DNA of 41,938 nucleotides, taken from the NCBI GenBank assembly GCA_001779205.1, contig MFJM01000006.1, forward strand, positions 10,327 to 52,264, read 5' to 3'. How positions within the stretch are numbered: position 1 is the stretch's first letter; every line of letters begins with the position of its first letter. The DNA is from Candidatus Gottesmanbacteria bacterium RIFCSPHIGHO2_02_FULL_39_14. Lineage in GTDB: Bacteria > Patescibacteriota > Microgenomatia > 2-02-FULL-39-11. Below the pieces are notes generated by a model. It was given only the letters and a program-made list of their open reading frames with translations, did not search any database and had not been told where the DNA came from. Of this stretch, positions 17,840-27,082 are shown piece by piece. The position numbers were made by a program, and so were the translations under genes.

Positions 17840-18453
17840 AGACATTGATTAAGATTTGCGGAATAAAGGATTTGGCGGAGGCCGGAATGGCAATTAAGAA
17901 TGGGGCTGATATTCTGGGATTTAATCTTGTTAAGACTTCAAAGCGATACATTGAGCCAAAAGTGGCTAAAAATATAATCAAAAAAATAGACAGGAGGAAA
18001 GTAGAGATTGCGGGTGTGTTTCAGAATGAAGAGAAGGAGAAAGACATTGAAATAACTGATTTTTTAAAATTGGATTTAGTTCAGTTACATGGAGAAGAAG
18101 AGCCAGAAATATACAGGAGGTTAAAGACAAAAATAATTAAAGTTTTTCCGGTGGAAAGAGACTTTGATGTGGATAAACTTTTATTAGAAATGAAACAAAG
18201 TAAAGCAGATTTTTATCTTTTAGACAGGAGAAATCAGGGGAGCGGGGAAAGAATTGATGTGGAAAAGGCGAGAAGAGTTGCAGAGAAATTTTCATTATTT
18301 TTGGCCGGAGGATTAAATCCCGAAAATGTCAAAAAGGTTGTCGAGAAAGTTAAGCCGTATGCAGTTGATGTGGCTTCGGGGGTGGAAAGCGGCGGGCGAA
18401 AAGACATGCTAAAAATTCAAAAATTTATCAGAATGGTCAGATCAATATCATGA
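17836..18453 (+). CDS. trpF: Phosphoribosylanthranilate isomerase
   Basis: KICGI, VQLHG.E, LAGGLNPENV and DVASGVE motifs. Confidence 0.95.
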   Translation: MKTLIKICGIKDLAEAGMAIKNGADILGFNLVKTSKRYIEPKVAKNIIKKIDRRKVEIAGVFQNEEKEKDIEITDFLKLDLVQLHGEEEPEIYRRLKTKIIKVFPVERDFDVDKLLLEMKQSKADFYLLDRRNQGSGERIDVEKARRVAEKFSLFLAGGLNPENVKKVVEKVKPYAVDVASGVESGGRKDMLKIQKFIRMVRSIS

Positions 18454-19631
18454 GAAAGATCGATACAAAAGTAAAAAACGGTTATTTCGGTAAATTCGGA
18501 GGGCAGTTTGTGACAGAATTGCTTTATTCGGCATTGGAAGAGCTGGGAGAAGTATTTACGAAAATTAAGGAAGACCGTGAATTTCTTAAAACTTATATAA
18601 GCTTAGTGGAGGATTACGCGGGCAGGCCGACGCCTTTGTATTCAGCGGAAAATATTTCCAGGATAGTCGGCTCGCGAGTTTATTTTAAACGGGAAGATTT
18701 GCTAAATGGAGGGTCCCACAAACTTAATAATTCATTAGGCCAGGCATTAATGGTGAAATTTTTAGGAAAGAAGGAAATTGTTACTGAAACGGCGGCAGGG
18801 ATGAACGGAGTGGCGACAGCAATGGCGGCAACTGTGGCGGGATTAAAATGTAAAGTTTTTATGGGAGTCAAGGATATTGAGAGACAGAGATTGAATGCTG
18901 ATAAAATAAAACTTTTAGGTGCGGAAGTAGTTCCGGTCGAAAGAGGTTTTGGAGTCTTGAAAGATGCTGTGTCGGAAGCGCTTGTTTATTGGATTAGGAA
19001 TCTGACAACATGCCATTACCTGATCGGATCGACGGTCGGTCCACATCCATTTCCTTCAATTGTTGCTTTTTTCCAAAAGATAATCGGTGATGAGGCAAGG
19101 CGGCAGATTTTTGAGAAAGAAGGAAAGTTGCCTAGCCATATTATAGCCTGCGGTTCAGGCGGGAGTAATGCTATGGGAATTTTTCAAGCATTTATCGATG
19201 ATCCGGTAGAATTGATTTTTGTTGAAGGGGCGGAGTCGGCGGCATTAACAAAGGGTACGGTCGGAATATTTCAGGGAACAAAAACTTATGTTTTACAGGA
19301 TGAGTTTGGGATGGACAGAAAGACGGAGAGCAGGGCAGCGGGACTTAATTATCCGGGAAGAAGTCCGCAGATTGCCTATCTTTATTCTATCAGAAGAATA
19401 AAAGCGGAAACTGCAACTGACCAGGAGGTAATTGAGGCATTTTATAAAACGACAAAACTAGAAGGACTAATGCCGGCTTTTGAAACCTGTCATGCAATGG
19501 CATATTTATTCAGAAGTAAGGGAAAATTCCGAAAAAAAGATATTGTGCTTTTGAATTTTTCAGGAAGAGGAGATAAGGATATGGCAGCTGCGCTGCAAGG
19601 CAGAAAGTTCATAAAGTTTATAAAGTTATGA
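18450..19631 (+). CDS. trpB: Tryptophan synthase beta chain (divergent)
   Basis: GYFG.FGG, GRPTPL, KREDL...SHK.NN, GPHPFP, GGSNA and SGRGDKD motifs. Confidence 0.92.
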   Translation: MRKIDTKVKNGYFGKFGGQFVTELLYSALEELGEVFTKIKEDREFLKTYISLVEDYAGRPTPLYSAENISRIVGSRVYFKREDLLNGGSHKLNNSLGQALMVKFLGKKEIVTETAAGMNGVATAMAATVAGLKCKVFMGVKDIERQRLNADKIKLLGAEVVPVERGFGVLKDAVSEALVYWIRNLTTCHYLIGSTVGPHPFPSIVAFFQKIIGDEARRQIFEKEGKLPSHIIACGSGGSNAMGIFQAFIDDPVELIFVEGAESAALTKGTVGIFQGTKTYVLQDEFGMDRKTESRAAGLNYPGRSPQIAYLYSIRRIKAETATDQEVIEAFYKTTKLEGLMPAFETCHAMAYLFRSKGKFRKKDIVLLNFSGRGDKDMAAALQGRKFIKFIKL

Positions 19632-20398
19632 ATATTAAGAAAATATTAATGACGCATTTTTATTACGGGGATGTAAGTCCGGAATTTTCGGAAGATTTGG
19701 CTATGAGACTTATTAGTTCCGGGTCGGATATTCTGGAAATAGGAATTCCATATAGCGACCCGGTTTGCGACGGACCTGTTTTTCAAAAGTCATGCAGGCA
19801 GGCACTTGAGAATGGTATTACTCCTATGACAGTTTTAGCAGGAATAAAAAAAATCAGAGAAAAAACAATTAAACCAATATACTTAACAAGCTACTTTGGT
19901 CCTGTTTTCAAGTTGGGGGTGGAGAGATTTTTGAAAATGGCAGATGATACGGGAGTAAATGGACTAATAATTCCTGATTTGCCATTGGAGGAGCAAGAGA
20001 ATTTTTCAGATATTTTTAACAAATACAATTTGTCTATAATCCAATTTGCAACTGTTTATTCAGACCAAGGGCGGCTGGAGAAAATAATTAATAAATCCAA
20101 TGATTTTATTTACGGCATTTCTCATTCAGGGGTAACAGGGGATAGAGGCAATGAAAGGGAGATTCAAGATTTGATAGTTAAAATTAAAAACTTAACCGAT
20201 AAAAAAATATATTGCGGATTCGGGATCAAAACGGCAATGGATGCTAAGAAGATTATTGATTTAGGCGCAGACGGAGTAATTGTAGGAAGTGCGATTGCCG
20301 AGATTTATCAAAATAGTAAAGACCCGCAGAAAAGTTTAGAAGAAATTGAAGATTTAGTTAGAAATATTCAAAAAAAAGTTAAACTGATTATAATGTAA
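19628..20398 (+). CDS. trpA: Tryptophan synthase alpha chain
   Basis: EIGIPYSDPVCDGP, PDLP.EE, GVTG, GFGI and ADGVIVGSA motifs. Confidence 0.95.
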   Translation: MNIKKILMTHFYYGDVSPEFSEDLAMRLISSGSDILEIGIPYSDPVCDGPVFQKSCRQALENGITPMTVLAGIKKIREKTIKPIYLTSYFGPVFKLGVERFLKMADDTGVNGLIIPDLPLEEQENFSDIFNKYNLSIIQFATVYSDQGRLEKIINKSNDFIYGISHSGVTGDRGNEREIQDLIVKIKNLTDKKIYCGFGIKTAMDAKKIIDLGADGVIVGSAIAEIYQNSKDPQKSLEEIEDLVRNIQKKVKLIIM

Positions 20399-20412
20399 GA
20401 AAGGAATAAATT

Positions 20413-21927
20413 ATGGATGAAGCAGTTAAAAAATATCTTAATGAGTTAAAAGAGCTGGGGATAGAATACCAGATTTTGGAGCATCCCCAGCTTATTTCCG
20501 TGGAGAAAGTCCAGGAATATCTGGGGTACAGAATGGATGATGCCGGAGCGACACTACTGATGAAAACGGATGATAAGTTTGTAGCCATTATAAAGAGGGG
20601 CGATACTAAACTGGATAATGAAAAAATAAAGAAATATTTGGGAGTAAAAAACTTGAGGATGGCAACGGAGGAGGAATTCGAGAAGATTACACATGTACCG
20701 AGCGGAGCAGCAACGGTTTTTATTAAGGGAGTACCAATATATCTTGATAAAAAGATATTGGAGAAAGAGTATATCAATGCAGGAAGCGGGAGTTTACTGA
20801 TTACACTGCGGTATAAAACAGACGATTTTAAAAAAATCCCAGGGATTAAAATCGTTGATTTTACAAAAATTGAAACTGATAAAGAAGATTTAGGGAAAGT
20901 TATTAAAGGAGGAAAAAGAATTCTTTCCGGTATTACACCGTCGGGTGATGGAAGTCTTCACATAGGTAATTATTTGGGGGCGGTGAGGCAGTTTAAAGAA
21001 CTGGCGAAGAATAATGAGTGTTTCTTGTTTGTGGCTGATATTCATGCGTTAACGACAGTTCAGAGTAGAGAAGAATTACAGAAGAATATTGAGATTTTGA
21101 TTATAAATGAATTGGCTCTGTTGGGTGAATTGTCAAATATCACTTTTTTCAGACAATCGGATGTTCCTATGCATACGGAATTACAGTCAATACTCAATAA
21201 TGTGACACCATTGGGATTGATAAAAAGGGCTCATGCTTATAAGGATAAACTGCAGAAGGGGTTAACCGAGGAAGAGATGAACATGGGACTTTTTTGTTAT
21301 CCGATTCTGATGGCGGCGGATATATTAATTTATAAACCGGATATTGTTCCTGTGGGACAGGATCAGAAGCAGCATTTGGAGATAACCAGGGATATTGCCG
21401 AAAATTTTAATAAAACCTACAGAAAGAAAGTTTTTCCATTACCAGAATCACATATTCCCAAAGAAGTAGCAGTTATTATGGGAACAGATGGGAAGAGGAA
21501 GATGAGCAAATCGTTGGGGAATATTATCAGTATATTTGATGACGAAGCGATTATTAAAAAACAGGTAATGTCGACTTATACCGATCCGACCAGAAAACAC
21601 GCAATAGATCCTGGGCATATTGAGGGGAACATGGTATTTACATATTTGGACTTCTTCGGAAAAAAGAAAAGAGTTGAAGAGTTGAAAAGTTTATATCGAG
21701 TGGGGAAAGTGGGGGATGTAGAGGTAAAAAATTTTCTGTTAAAGACATTGATTAAATATTTTGCTCCGGCACGAGAGAGATACCAAGAGTTAAAATCCAA
21801 TCCGCAAAAGGTGAGAAAAATCCTCATGGAGGGGTCGGAGAGAGCCAGGGAAGTGGCAAGCACAACAATGGTGGAAGTCAGGGAAGCTGTGGGGTTGACT
21901 AATAAATACTCTTTCTTCGAATATTAA
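20413..21927 (+). CDS. trpS: Tryptophanyl-tRNA synthetase with N-terminal YbaK/ProX-like domain
   Basis: SGITPSG..HIGNY.GA, YPILMAADIL, VPVG.DQ.QH.E and KMSKS motifs. The first ~150 aa look YbaK-like. Confidence 0.93.
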   Translation: MDEAVKKYLNELKELGIEYQILEHPQLISVEKVQEYLGYRMDDAGATLLMKTDDKFVAIIKRGDTKLDNEKIKKYLGVKNLRMATEEEFEKITHVPSGAATVFIKGVPIYLDKKILEKEYINAGSGSLLITLRYKTDDFKKIPGIKIVDFTKIETDKEDLGKVIKGGKRILSGITPSGDGSLHIGNYLGAVRQFKELAKNNECFLFVADIHALTTVQSREELQKNIEILIINELALLGELSNITFFRQSDVPMHTELQSILNNVTPLGLIKRAHAYKDKLQKGLTEEEMNMGLFCYPILMAADILIYKPDIVPVGQDQKQHLEITRDIAENFNKTYRKKVFPLPESHIPKEVAVIMGTDGKRKMSKSLGNIISIFDDEAIIKKQVMSTYTDPTRKHAIDPGHIEGNMVFTYLDFFGKKKRVEELKSLYRVGKVGDVEVKNFLLKTLIKYFAPARERYQELKSNPQKVRKILMEGSERAREVASTTMVEVREAVGLTNKYSFFEY

Positions 21928-21972
21928 TTTAGCCAGTCGTCGTATTTGAGTTTTTACGATTGGAGGTAAATA

Positions 21973-22004
21973 TTGACAGATTACAGTATGTATGGTAGTA
22001 TGAT
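21973..22004 (+). promoter_or_regulatory. TA promoter
   Basis: TTGACA-N17-TAGTAT with an extended TG. Confidence 0.55.
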
Positions 22005-22010
22005 TAGAGT

Positions 22011-22301
22011 ATGGATACAAATATTGTCAGTACAACTGAATTGCAGAGAAATATTAAATCTGTTTTGGACAAACTCAACGATAATAATGAACCTCTGATT
22101 GTAGTGCGGGATAGTAAACCTAAGGCTGTTATGATGCCATATAGTGAATATAAAAGGTTGTCTAGCTTGGAAAAAGAAGTAATTAGGCTGCAGATGGAAA
22201 AAGTATGGGAAAAAATGAGGATTATAAATAAAAATGTATCAGATAAAGAACTTAATAAAGATATTGAAGAAGCGATAAAGTATGCCAAGAATGGTCGTTG
22301 A
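22011..22301 (+). CDS. Phd/YefM-family antitoxin
   Basis: VSTTELQRN...VLD.L.....PLIV.RDSKPKAVMM...EY. Confidence 0.88.
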   Translation: MDTNIVSTTELQRNIKSVLDKLNDNNEPLIVVRDSKPKAVMMPYSEYKRLSSLEKEVIRLQMEKVWEKMRIINKNVSDKELNKDIEEAIKYAKNGR

Positions 22302-22707
22302 CACGAATGTTTTGATACGAGCACTTCTTAAACCCGATAGCAGTGACGGATTAGTAATAAGGAGAGCAGTTGAGGGTAAACTAGATTTATTTTTCAGTCT
22401 AAAACTAATTACAGAATTAAAAAGGACGCTTACTTATAAAAGGATAAGAAAGCGGGCGGTTACTAATGATGATGTTAAGATATTTCTGAAAACTCTTCTA
22501 ACATTTGGTAATATTACTTCCATAACAGAAAAAATTAATTTATGCCGGGATCCTGATGATAACGAACTGTTATCAATCGCAGTTTCAATTTATAAAGATA
22601 GTCCTGTATATTTAGTTACTGCTGATAAAGATTTACTGGTATTAAAGGGGAAAATAGAAAAAGTAATGATTGTTACACCCCAGGAATTTTTGAGGCTGAG
22701 GAAGTAA
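22282..22707 (+). CDS. PIN-domain toxin (PIN_3/TIGR00305-like)
   Basis: VVDTNVLIRAL, CRDPDDN..L..A, LVTADKDLL and TPQEFL motifs. Confidence 0.9.
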   Translation: MPRMVVDTNVLIRALLKPDSSDGLVIRRAVEGKLDLFFSLKLITELKRTLTYKRIRKRAVTNDDVKIFLKTLLTFGNITSITEKINLCRDPDDNELLSIAVSIYKDSPVYLVTADKDLLVLKGKIEKVMIVTPQEFLRLRK

Positions 22708-22754
22708 TAATGTTTGGTTGTTCGGGAGGTGTAGATGAAGTATAATTTAAGCTC

Positions 22755-23093
22755 ATGAAAAAGGATGAAATCAGTTTGTCTGACTTCCAGAAGATGGATT
22801 TAAGAGTAGGGAAAGTGATTAGTGCTTCCGCGATCGAAGGATCAATTAACCTTCTTCGACTTAAAGTGGACTTGGGCTACGATTACGGAGTTAGGCAAAT
22901 TATTTCGGGTATTGCCCGATGGTACAAACCTGAAAAATTACGGGGCAAAAAATTCATATTTTTGGCAAATTTGGAGGGGAAGAAACTGATGGGAAATAAG
23001 AGTGCGGGAATGATTTTATGCGCTGATGAGAACCACTCTGCATTTATAATTCCCGTTGATAATAAAATTCCCGAAGGAACGTTAATCAGGTAA
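22755..23093 (+). CDS. Stand-alone OB-fold tRNA-binding protein (Trbp111/CsaA/MetRS C-terminal-like)
   Basis: DF.KMDLRVGKV, LL.L.VDLG, RQIISGI, NL..KKLMG..S.GMIL and P.GT.IR motifs. Confidence 0.9.
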   Translation: MKKDEISLSDFQKMDLRVGKVISASAIEGSINLLRLKVDLGYDYGVRQIISGIARWYKPEKLRGKKFIFLANLEGKKLMGNKSAGMILCADENHSAFIIPVDNKIPEGTLIR

Positions 23094-23095
23094 TT

Positions 23096-24988
23096 ATGAT
23101 AAATTCCAATAGCAGCAAAAATCATAAGAGCAAGAAAGCAAAGAAGATTTTTGAATTCCGGCTAAACCTGACTCCGAAAAATATTTTTCTGTGGTCAATA
23201 ATCTTTTTGATACTTCTTTTTATCATGATGTCGGCCAGAGATATTTCAAATCTGTTTCCCGAGAAACCTTTGTCCATTTTGATTAACGATGTTAAACAGG
23301 GGGAAGTAAAGAAAATTGAGGTAATTGAAGATAAACTTTTGGCAACATATAAAGACGATAAGGTTTATTCATCAATCAAAGAAAGCCAGGATTCCTTTTA
23401 TAAGATTCTAAGTGACGCGGGAATTGATCCTAAAAGCGTAGAAATTGATATTAAAGATACCACAGGAGGAGCAGTTTGGTTTAATATCTTGTCCAATGTC
23501 TTACCGCTCTTATTGATGGTCGGATTTTTCCTTTTTTTAATCAGACAAGCAAGGGGAGCGCAAGATTCGATATTTTCCTTCGGACAATCAAGGGCTAAAC
23601 TTTTTTCCAAAGATACTCCCAAGGTGACTTTTAAGGATGTGGCCGGAGTTGATGAGGCTAAACAGGAGTTAGAAGAAGTGGTTGATTTTTTGAAAAATCC
23701 GCAAAAATACAGAGCACTGGGGGCGAGAACTCCTAAAGGAGTGATTTTGGTCGGACCATCCGGAACGGGCAAAACTCTGTTAGCCCGGGCTTTGGCCGGG
23801 GAGGCGGGAGTACCGTTTTTTTCCATGGCAGGCAGCGAGTTTATGGAAATGCTGGTAGGAGTTGGTGCTAGCAGGGTTAGGGACTTATTTAATACTGCCA
23901 AGAAGAATTCACCATCGATTATTTTTATTGATGAGGTTGATGCCATCGGCCGCATGAGGTCAATTGGAGTGATGGGGGGACATGATGAAAGAGAACAAAC
24001 TCTCAATCAAATTTTGGTGGAAATGGATGGATTTACTCCTAATGAACATGTGGTGATAGTGGCGGCAACCAACCGCGGAGATTTACTTGACCCGGCACTT
24101 CTTAGACCGGGAAGGTTTGACCGGCGGGTTGTTCTTGATTTGCCTGATATGGAAGGAAGGAAGGCTATTTTGAAGATACATTCCCAAGGAAAACCGATGG
24201 TTAATGAGATAGATTGGGATAAGGTTTCCAAGCGGACGGTTGGTTTTTCCGGAGCAGATATCGAAAACATGCTTAATGAGGCGGCTATTCTGGCTGCCAG
24301 GAAAAACAAAACAATTATCGAATTTGAGGATATTGAAGAGTCAGCTACCAAAGTAAAGCTGGGGCCGGAGAAAAAGAGACTGCAGAGCGATTTGGATCGG
24401 AAGATGACAGCTTATCATGAGGCCGGGCATGCGGTTGTAACATTCGCTCTACCTAATATGGATCCGGTTCACCGCATTTCCATTGTATCCCGGGGTATGG
24501 CTTTAGGATTTACTATGATACCGCCACAGAGGGACAGAATTCACGAAACCAAGACTCATTTACTGGAGGAAATTGCTTCTATGATGGGAGGCAGAGCGGC
24601 TGAATCACTAATTTTTTCAGAGATGACGACGGGGGCGGCCAATGATATAGACAAGGCGACCATACTTGCCAGAGATATGGTTGTTGAATTCGGGATGAGC
24701 GATTTGGGACCGATAAGCTTTGGTCCTTCTATTGATGTAACGGAGTGGGGCGGAAGGTATATGACGGAAACCAAAGTGTCACCCGACATGCAGGGTAAAA
24801 TTGACTGTGAGGTTAAGAAAATTCTGGACAAAGGGTATAAACAAGCTTTAACTATATTGAAAAAAATGAGAGAGAAACTGGATTTAATTGCCAATGAACT
24901 CATTAAGAAAGAAACTTTGGAGGGTGAGGAATTTGAAAAACTGATGGGTTCGAAACCTGCTAAAGCTATAGTAACGTCAGCGTTTTAA
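23096..24988 (+). CDS. ftsH: ATP-dependent zinc metalloprotease FtsH
   Basis: Two TM helices, Walker A GPSGTGKT, DEVDA, second region of homology and HEAGH. Confidence 0.97.
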   Translation: MINSNSSKNHKSKKAKKIFEFRLNLTPKNIFLWSIIFLILLFIMMSARDISNLFPEKPLSILINDVKQGEVKKIEVIEDKLLATYKDDKVYSSIKESQDSFYKILSDAGIDPKSVEIDIKDTTGGAVWFNILSNVLPLLLMVGFFLFLIRQARGAQDSIFSFGQSRAKLFSKDTPKVTFKDVAGVDEAKQELEEVVDFLKNPQKYRALGARTPKGVILVGPSGTGKTLLARALAGEAGVPFFSMAGSEFMEMLVGVGASRVRDLFNTAKKNSPSIIFIDEVDAIGRMRSIGVMGGHDEREQTLNQILVEMDGFTPNEHVVIVAATNRGDLLDPALLRPGRFDRRVVLDLPDMEGRKAILKIHSQGKPMVNEIDWDKVSKRTVGFSGADIENMLNEAAILAARKNKTIIEFEDIEESATKVKLGPEKKRLQSDLDRKMTAYHEAGHAVVTFALPNMDPVHRISIVSRGMALGFTMIPPQRDRIHETKTHLLEEIASMMGGRAAESLIFSEMTTGAANDIDKATILARDMVVEFGMSDLGPISFGPSIDVTEWGGRYMTETKVSPDMQGKIDCEVKKILDKGYKQALTILKKMREKLDLIANELIKKETLEGEEFEKLMGSKPAKAIVTSAF

Positions 24989-24998
24989 AATTATCCCC

Positions 24999-25964
24999 AT
25001 GCTGAGATTGGTTTTGATCGACGGCCATGCAATTTTATACCGGGCATATCATGCTCTTCCTCCTTTAACAACCAGTAAAGGCGTACCAAGCGGAGCAGTC
25101 TATGGTTTTATTTCAATTTTGCTAAAAACAATTAATGATTTGAAACCGACGAATTTGGCGGTTGCTTTTGACAGAAGGGAACCGACTTTCAGAAAAAAAC
25201 TTTTTGCCGACTATCAGGTACAAAGACCGAAGATGGAAGAGAACTTAGTCAGCCAGGTAGATTTAATGCACAGTTTAATAAAAACAATGGGAATTGCGGT
25301 TTATGAATTGGCGGGATTTGAGGCAGATGATGTGATTGGAACACTAGCAGAACAGGTAGTCAAAGGAGAAAAAAGCGAAGTAATTGTGGTTACCGGAGAC
25401 CGGGATTTGCTGCAATTAGTTACTGAGAGGATAAGAATTTATATGCCGGTTAAAGGAATTAGTGAGGCAAAATTATTCGGTAAGAATGAAGTAGTTGAGA
25501 AGTACGGTGTTTTACCTTCACAGGTTGTTGATTATAAAGCTCTTATTGGAGACCAGTCAGATAATTATCCGGGTGTTGCCGGGATCGGACCAAAAACAGC
25601 CGAGAATTTAATAAAAAAATACGGATCTTTGGAGGGTATTTATAAAAATATTGATTTTATTGAGCCCAAACTAAAAGAAAAGCTTACCCGGGATAAAGAG
25701 AAAGCATACCTGTCTTATAAGTTAGCAGAAATTGTTAAAAATGCACCGGTTAATCTTGATTTAGCATCAACAAAACTTATTAGTCTTGACAGGCCGGATG
25801 TCAGAGCGGTTTTTGAAGAATTGGGATTTCGAAGTTTGATTACGCGATTAAGCGGAAAAAGCAATAAACCCGCCTCCGTCCAGAATAAATCGGGACTACG
25901 GCGAGGCGAGGAAAAAAAAGCAGCTGAAAAACAAAAGAAGGCAGAACAAACTTCTTTGTTTTAA
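24999..25964 (+). CDS. Stand-alone 5'-3' exonuclease (PolA N-terminal domain)
   Basis: LIDG...YRAYHA, FEADDVIGT, TGDRD and GD.SDNYPGV.GIGPKTA motifs; no polymerase domain. Confidence 0.92.
   Translation: MLRLVLIDGHAILYRAYHALPPLTTSKGVPSGAVYGFISILLKTINDLKPTNLAVAFDRREPTFRKKLFADYQVQRPKMEENLVSQVDLMHSLIKTMGIAVYELAGFEADDVIGTLAEQVVKGEKSEVIVVTGDRDLLQLVTERIRIYMPVKGISEAKLFGKNEVVEKYGVLPSQVVDYKALIGDQSDNYPGVAGIGPKTAENLIKKYGSLEGIYKNIDFIEPKLKEKLTRDKEKAYLSYKLAEIVKNAPVNLDLASTKLISLDRPDVRAVFEELGFRSLITRLSGKSNKPASVQNKSGLRRGEEKKAAEKQKKAEQTSLF
25869..25910. repeat. 42-bp REP-like element in frame inside the exonuclease tail
   Basis: cccgcctccgtccagaataaatcgggactacggcgaggcgag shares its ends with the nnrD inserts. 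Confidence 0.65.
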
Positions 25965-25966
25965 TT

Positions 25967-27082
25967 ATGAAAGTGGCTTTAGTACATGACTATATAAAGG
26001 AATACGGCGGCGCGGAGAGAGTATTGGAGGCTTTACATGAAATTTGGCCAACAACTCCTGTTTATACAAGTGTTTATTTACCGGAATTCCTCGGGCCTCA
26101 CCAACGGCGATTTAAGGATTGGAAAATAATTACCTCTATTTTCCAGAATTTGCCATTTAAGGAAAAAATGATAAGCCCGATGCGGATTTTCCCACTCATT
26201 TTTCAGAATTGGGACTTTTCAAAATATGAAGTAATAATCGTTTCGGCTACCGGAGCATACATTCCCAATTTAATTAACAAACAAAGAGCATTACACATCT
26301 GTTACTGTCATACTCCACCCAGATATTTATACGGATACCCGACAGCGCGAAATTGGAGGAAAACATTTTTTGGCAGAGTGGCAGGAGAGTTAATTAATCA
26401 TAAATTGAGACTAACTGATTTCGAGGGGGCGCAGAGGGTTGATTATTTTATTGCTAATTCTAATGAAATCAGAAAACGGATTAAAAAGTTTTACAGGCGG
26501 GAGGCAAGCGTTATTTATCCGCCGGTGGAGATGGTAGATAAAATCAAAAATAACAAAAAACAAATAACAAATAACAAAAATAAAAATTATTATTTGGCAG
26601 GGGGGAGGCTAGCGAGGGCGAAACATATTGATCTGGCGATTGCGGCAGCAAATGAAATGAAATTTAATTTAAAGATTTTCGGTAAGGGGTTTGCCGGATA
26701 TGACAGAGAGTTAAAGTCAATGGCTGGTCCGACAGTTCAGTTTGTTGGAGAAGTAGGTGATGACGAACTGAAAGATTTATATGAAAATTGCAGAGTACTA
26801 ATCTACCCATCAGAATTTGAAGATTTCGGGATTATGCCGATTGAAGCTCAAATATTTGGAAAGCCGGTTATTGCCTTCAGGCAAGGCGGAGTTTTGGAAA
26901 GTGTGATTGAAGGAAAGACAGGAATATTTTTTGATGAATTATCAGTTGATAGTTTAGTCACTGCGATAAAAAAGCTGGAGAAGACAAAAATTTTAGAGGA
27001 AGATTGCATTAAAAATGCCCAAAAATTTTCAAAAGAACGGTTTAAAAAAGAAATGCTTCAATTTGTAGAAAGACATGCCTGA
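25967..27082 (+). CDS. GT4 glycosyltransferase
   Basis: KVALVHDY...GGAERV, YCHTPPRYLY and EDFGI.P.EA...GKPVIA motifs. Confidence 0.92.
   Translation: MKVALVHDYIKEYGGAERVLEALHEIWPTTPVYTSVYLPEFLGPHQRRFKDWKIITSIFQNLPFKEKMISPMRIFPLIFQNWDFSKYEVIIVSATGAYIPNLINKQRALHICYCHTPPRYLYGYPTARNWRKTFFGRVAGELINHKLRLTDFEGAQRVDYFIANSNEIRKRIKKFYRREASVIYPPVEMVDKIKNNKKQITNNKNKNYYLAGGRLARAKHIDLAIAAANEMKFNLKIFGKGFAGYDRELKSMAGPTVQFVGEVGDDELKDLYENCRVLIYPSEFEDFGIMPIEAQIFGKPVIAFRQGGVLESVIEGKTGIFFDELSVDSLVTAIKKLEKTKILEEDCIKNAQKFSKERFKKEMLQFVERHA

Noticed and set aside
14891-24903. Many antisense ORFs over trp genes and ftsH
   Set aside because: They are shadows of conserved sense genes and have no motifs of their own.
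24999-25964. Truncated polA pseudogene
   Set aside because: It has a complete exonuclease domain and a clean stop next to the following gene; stand-alone or split forms are known.
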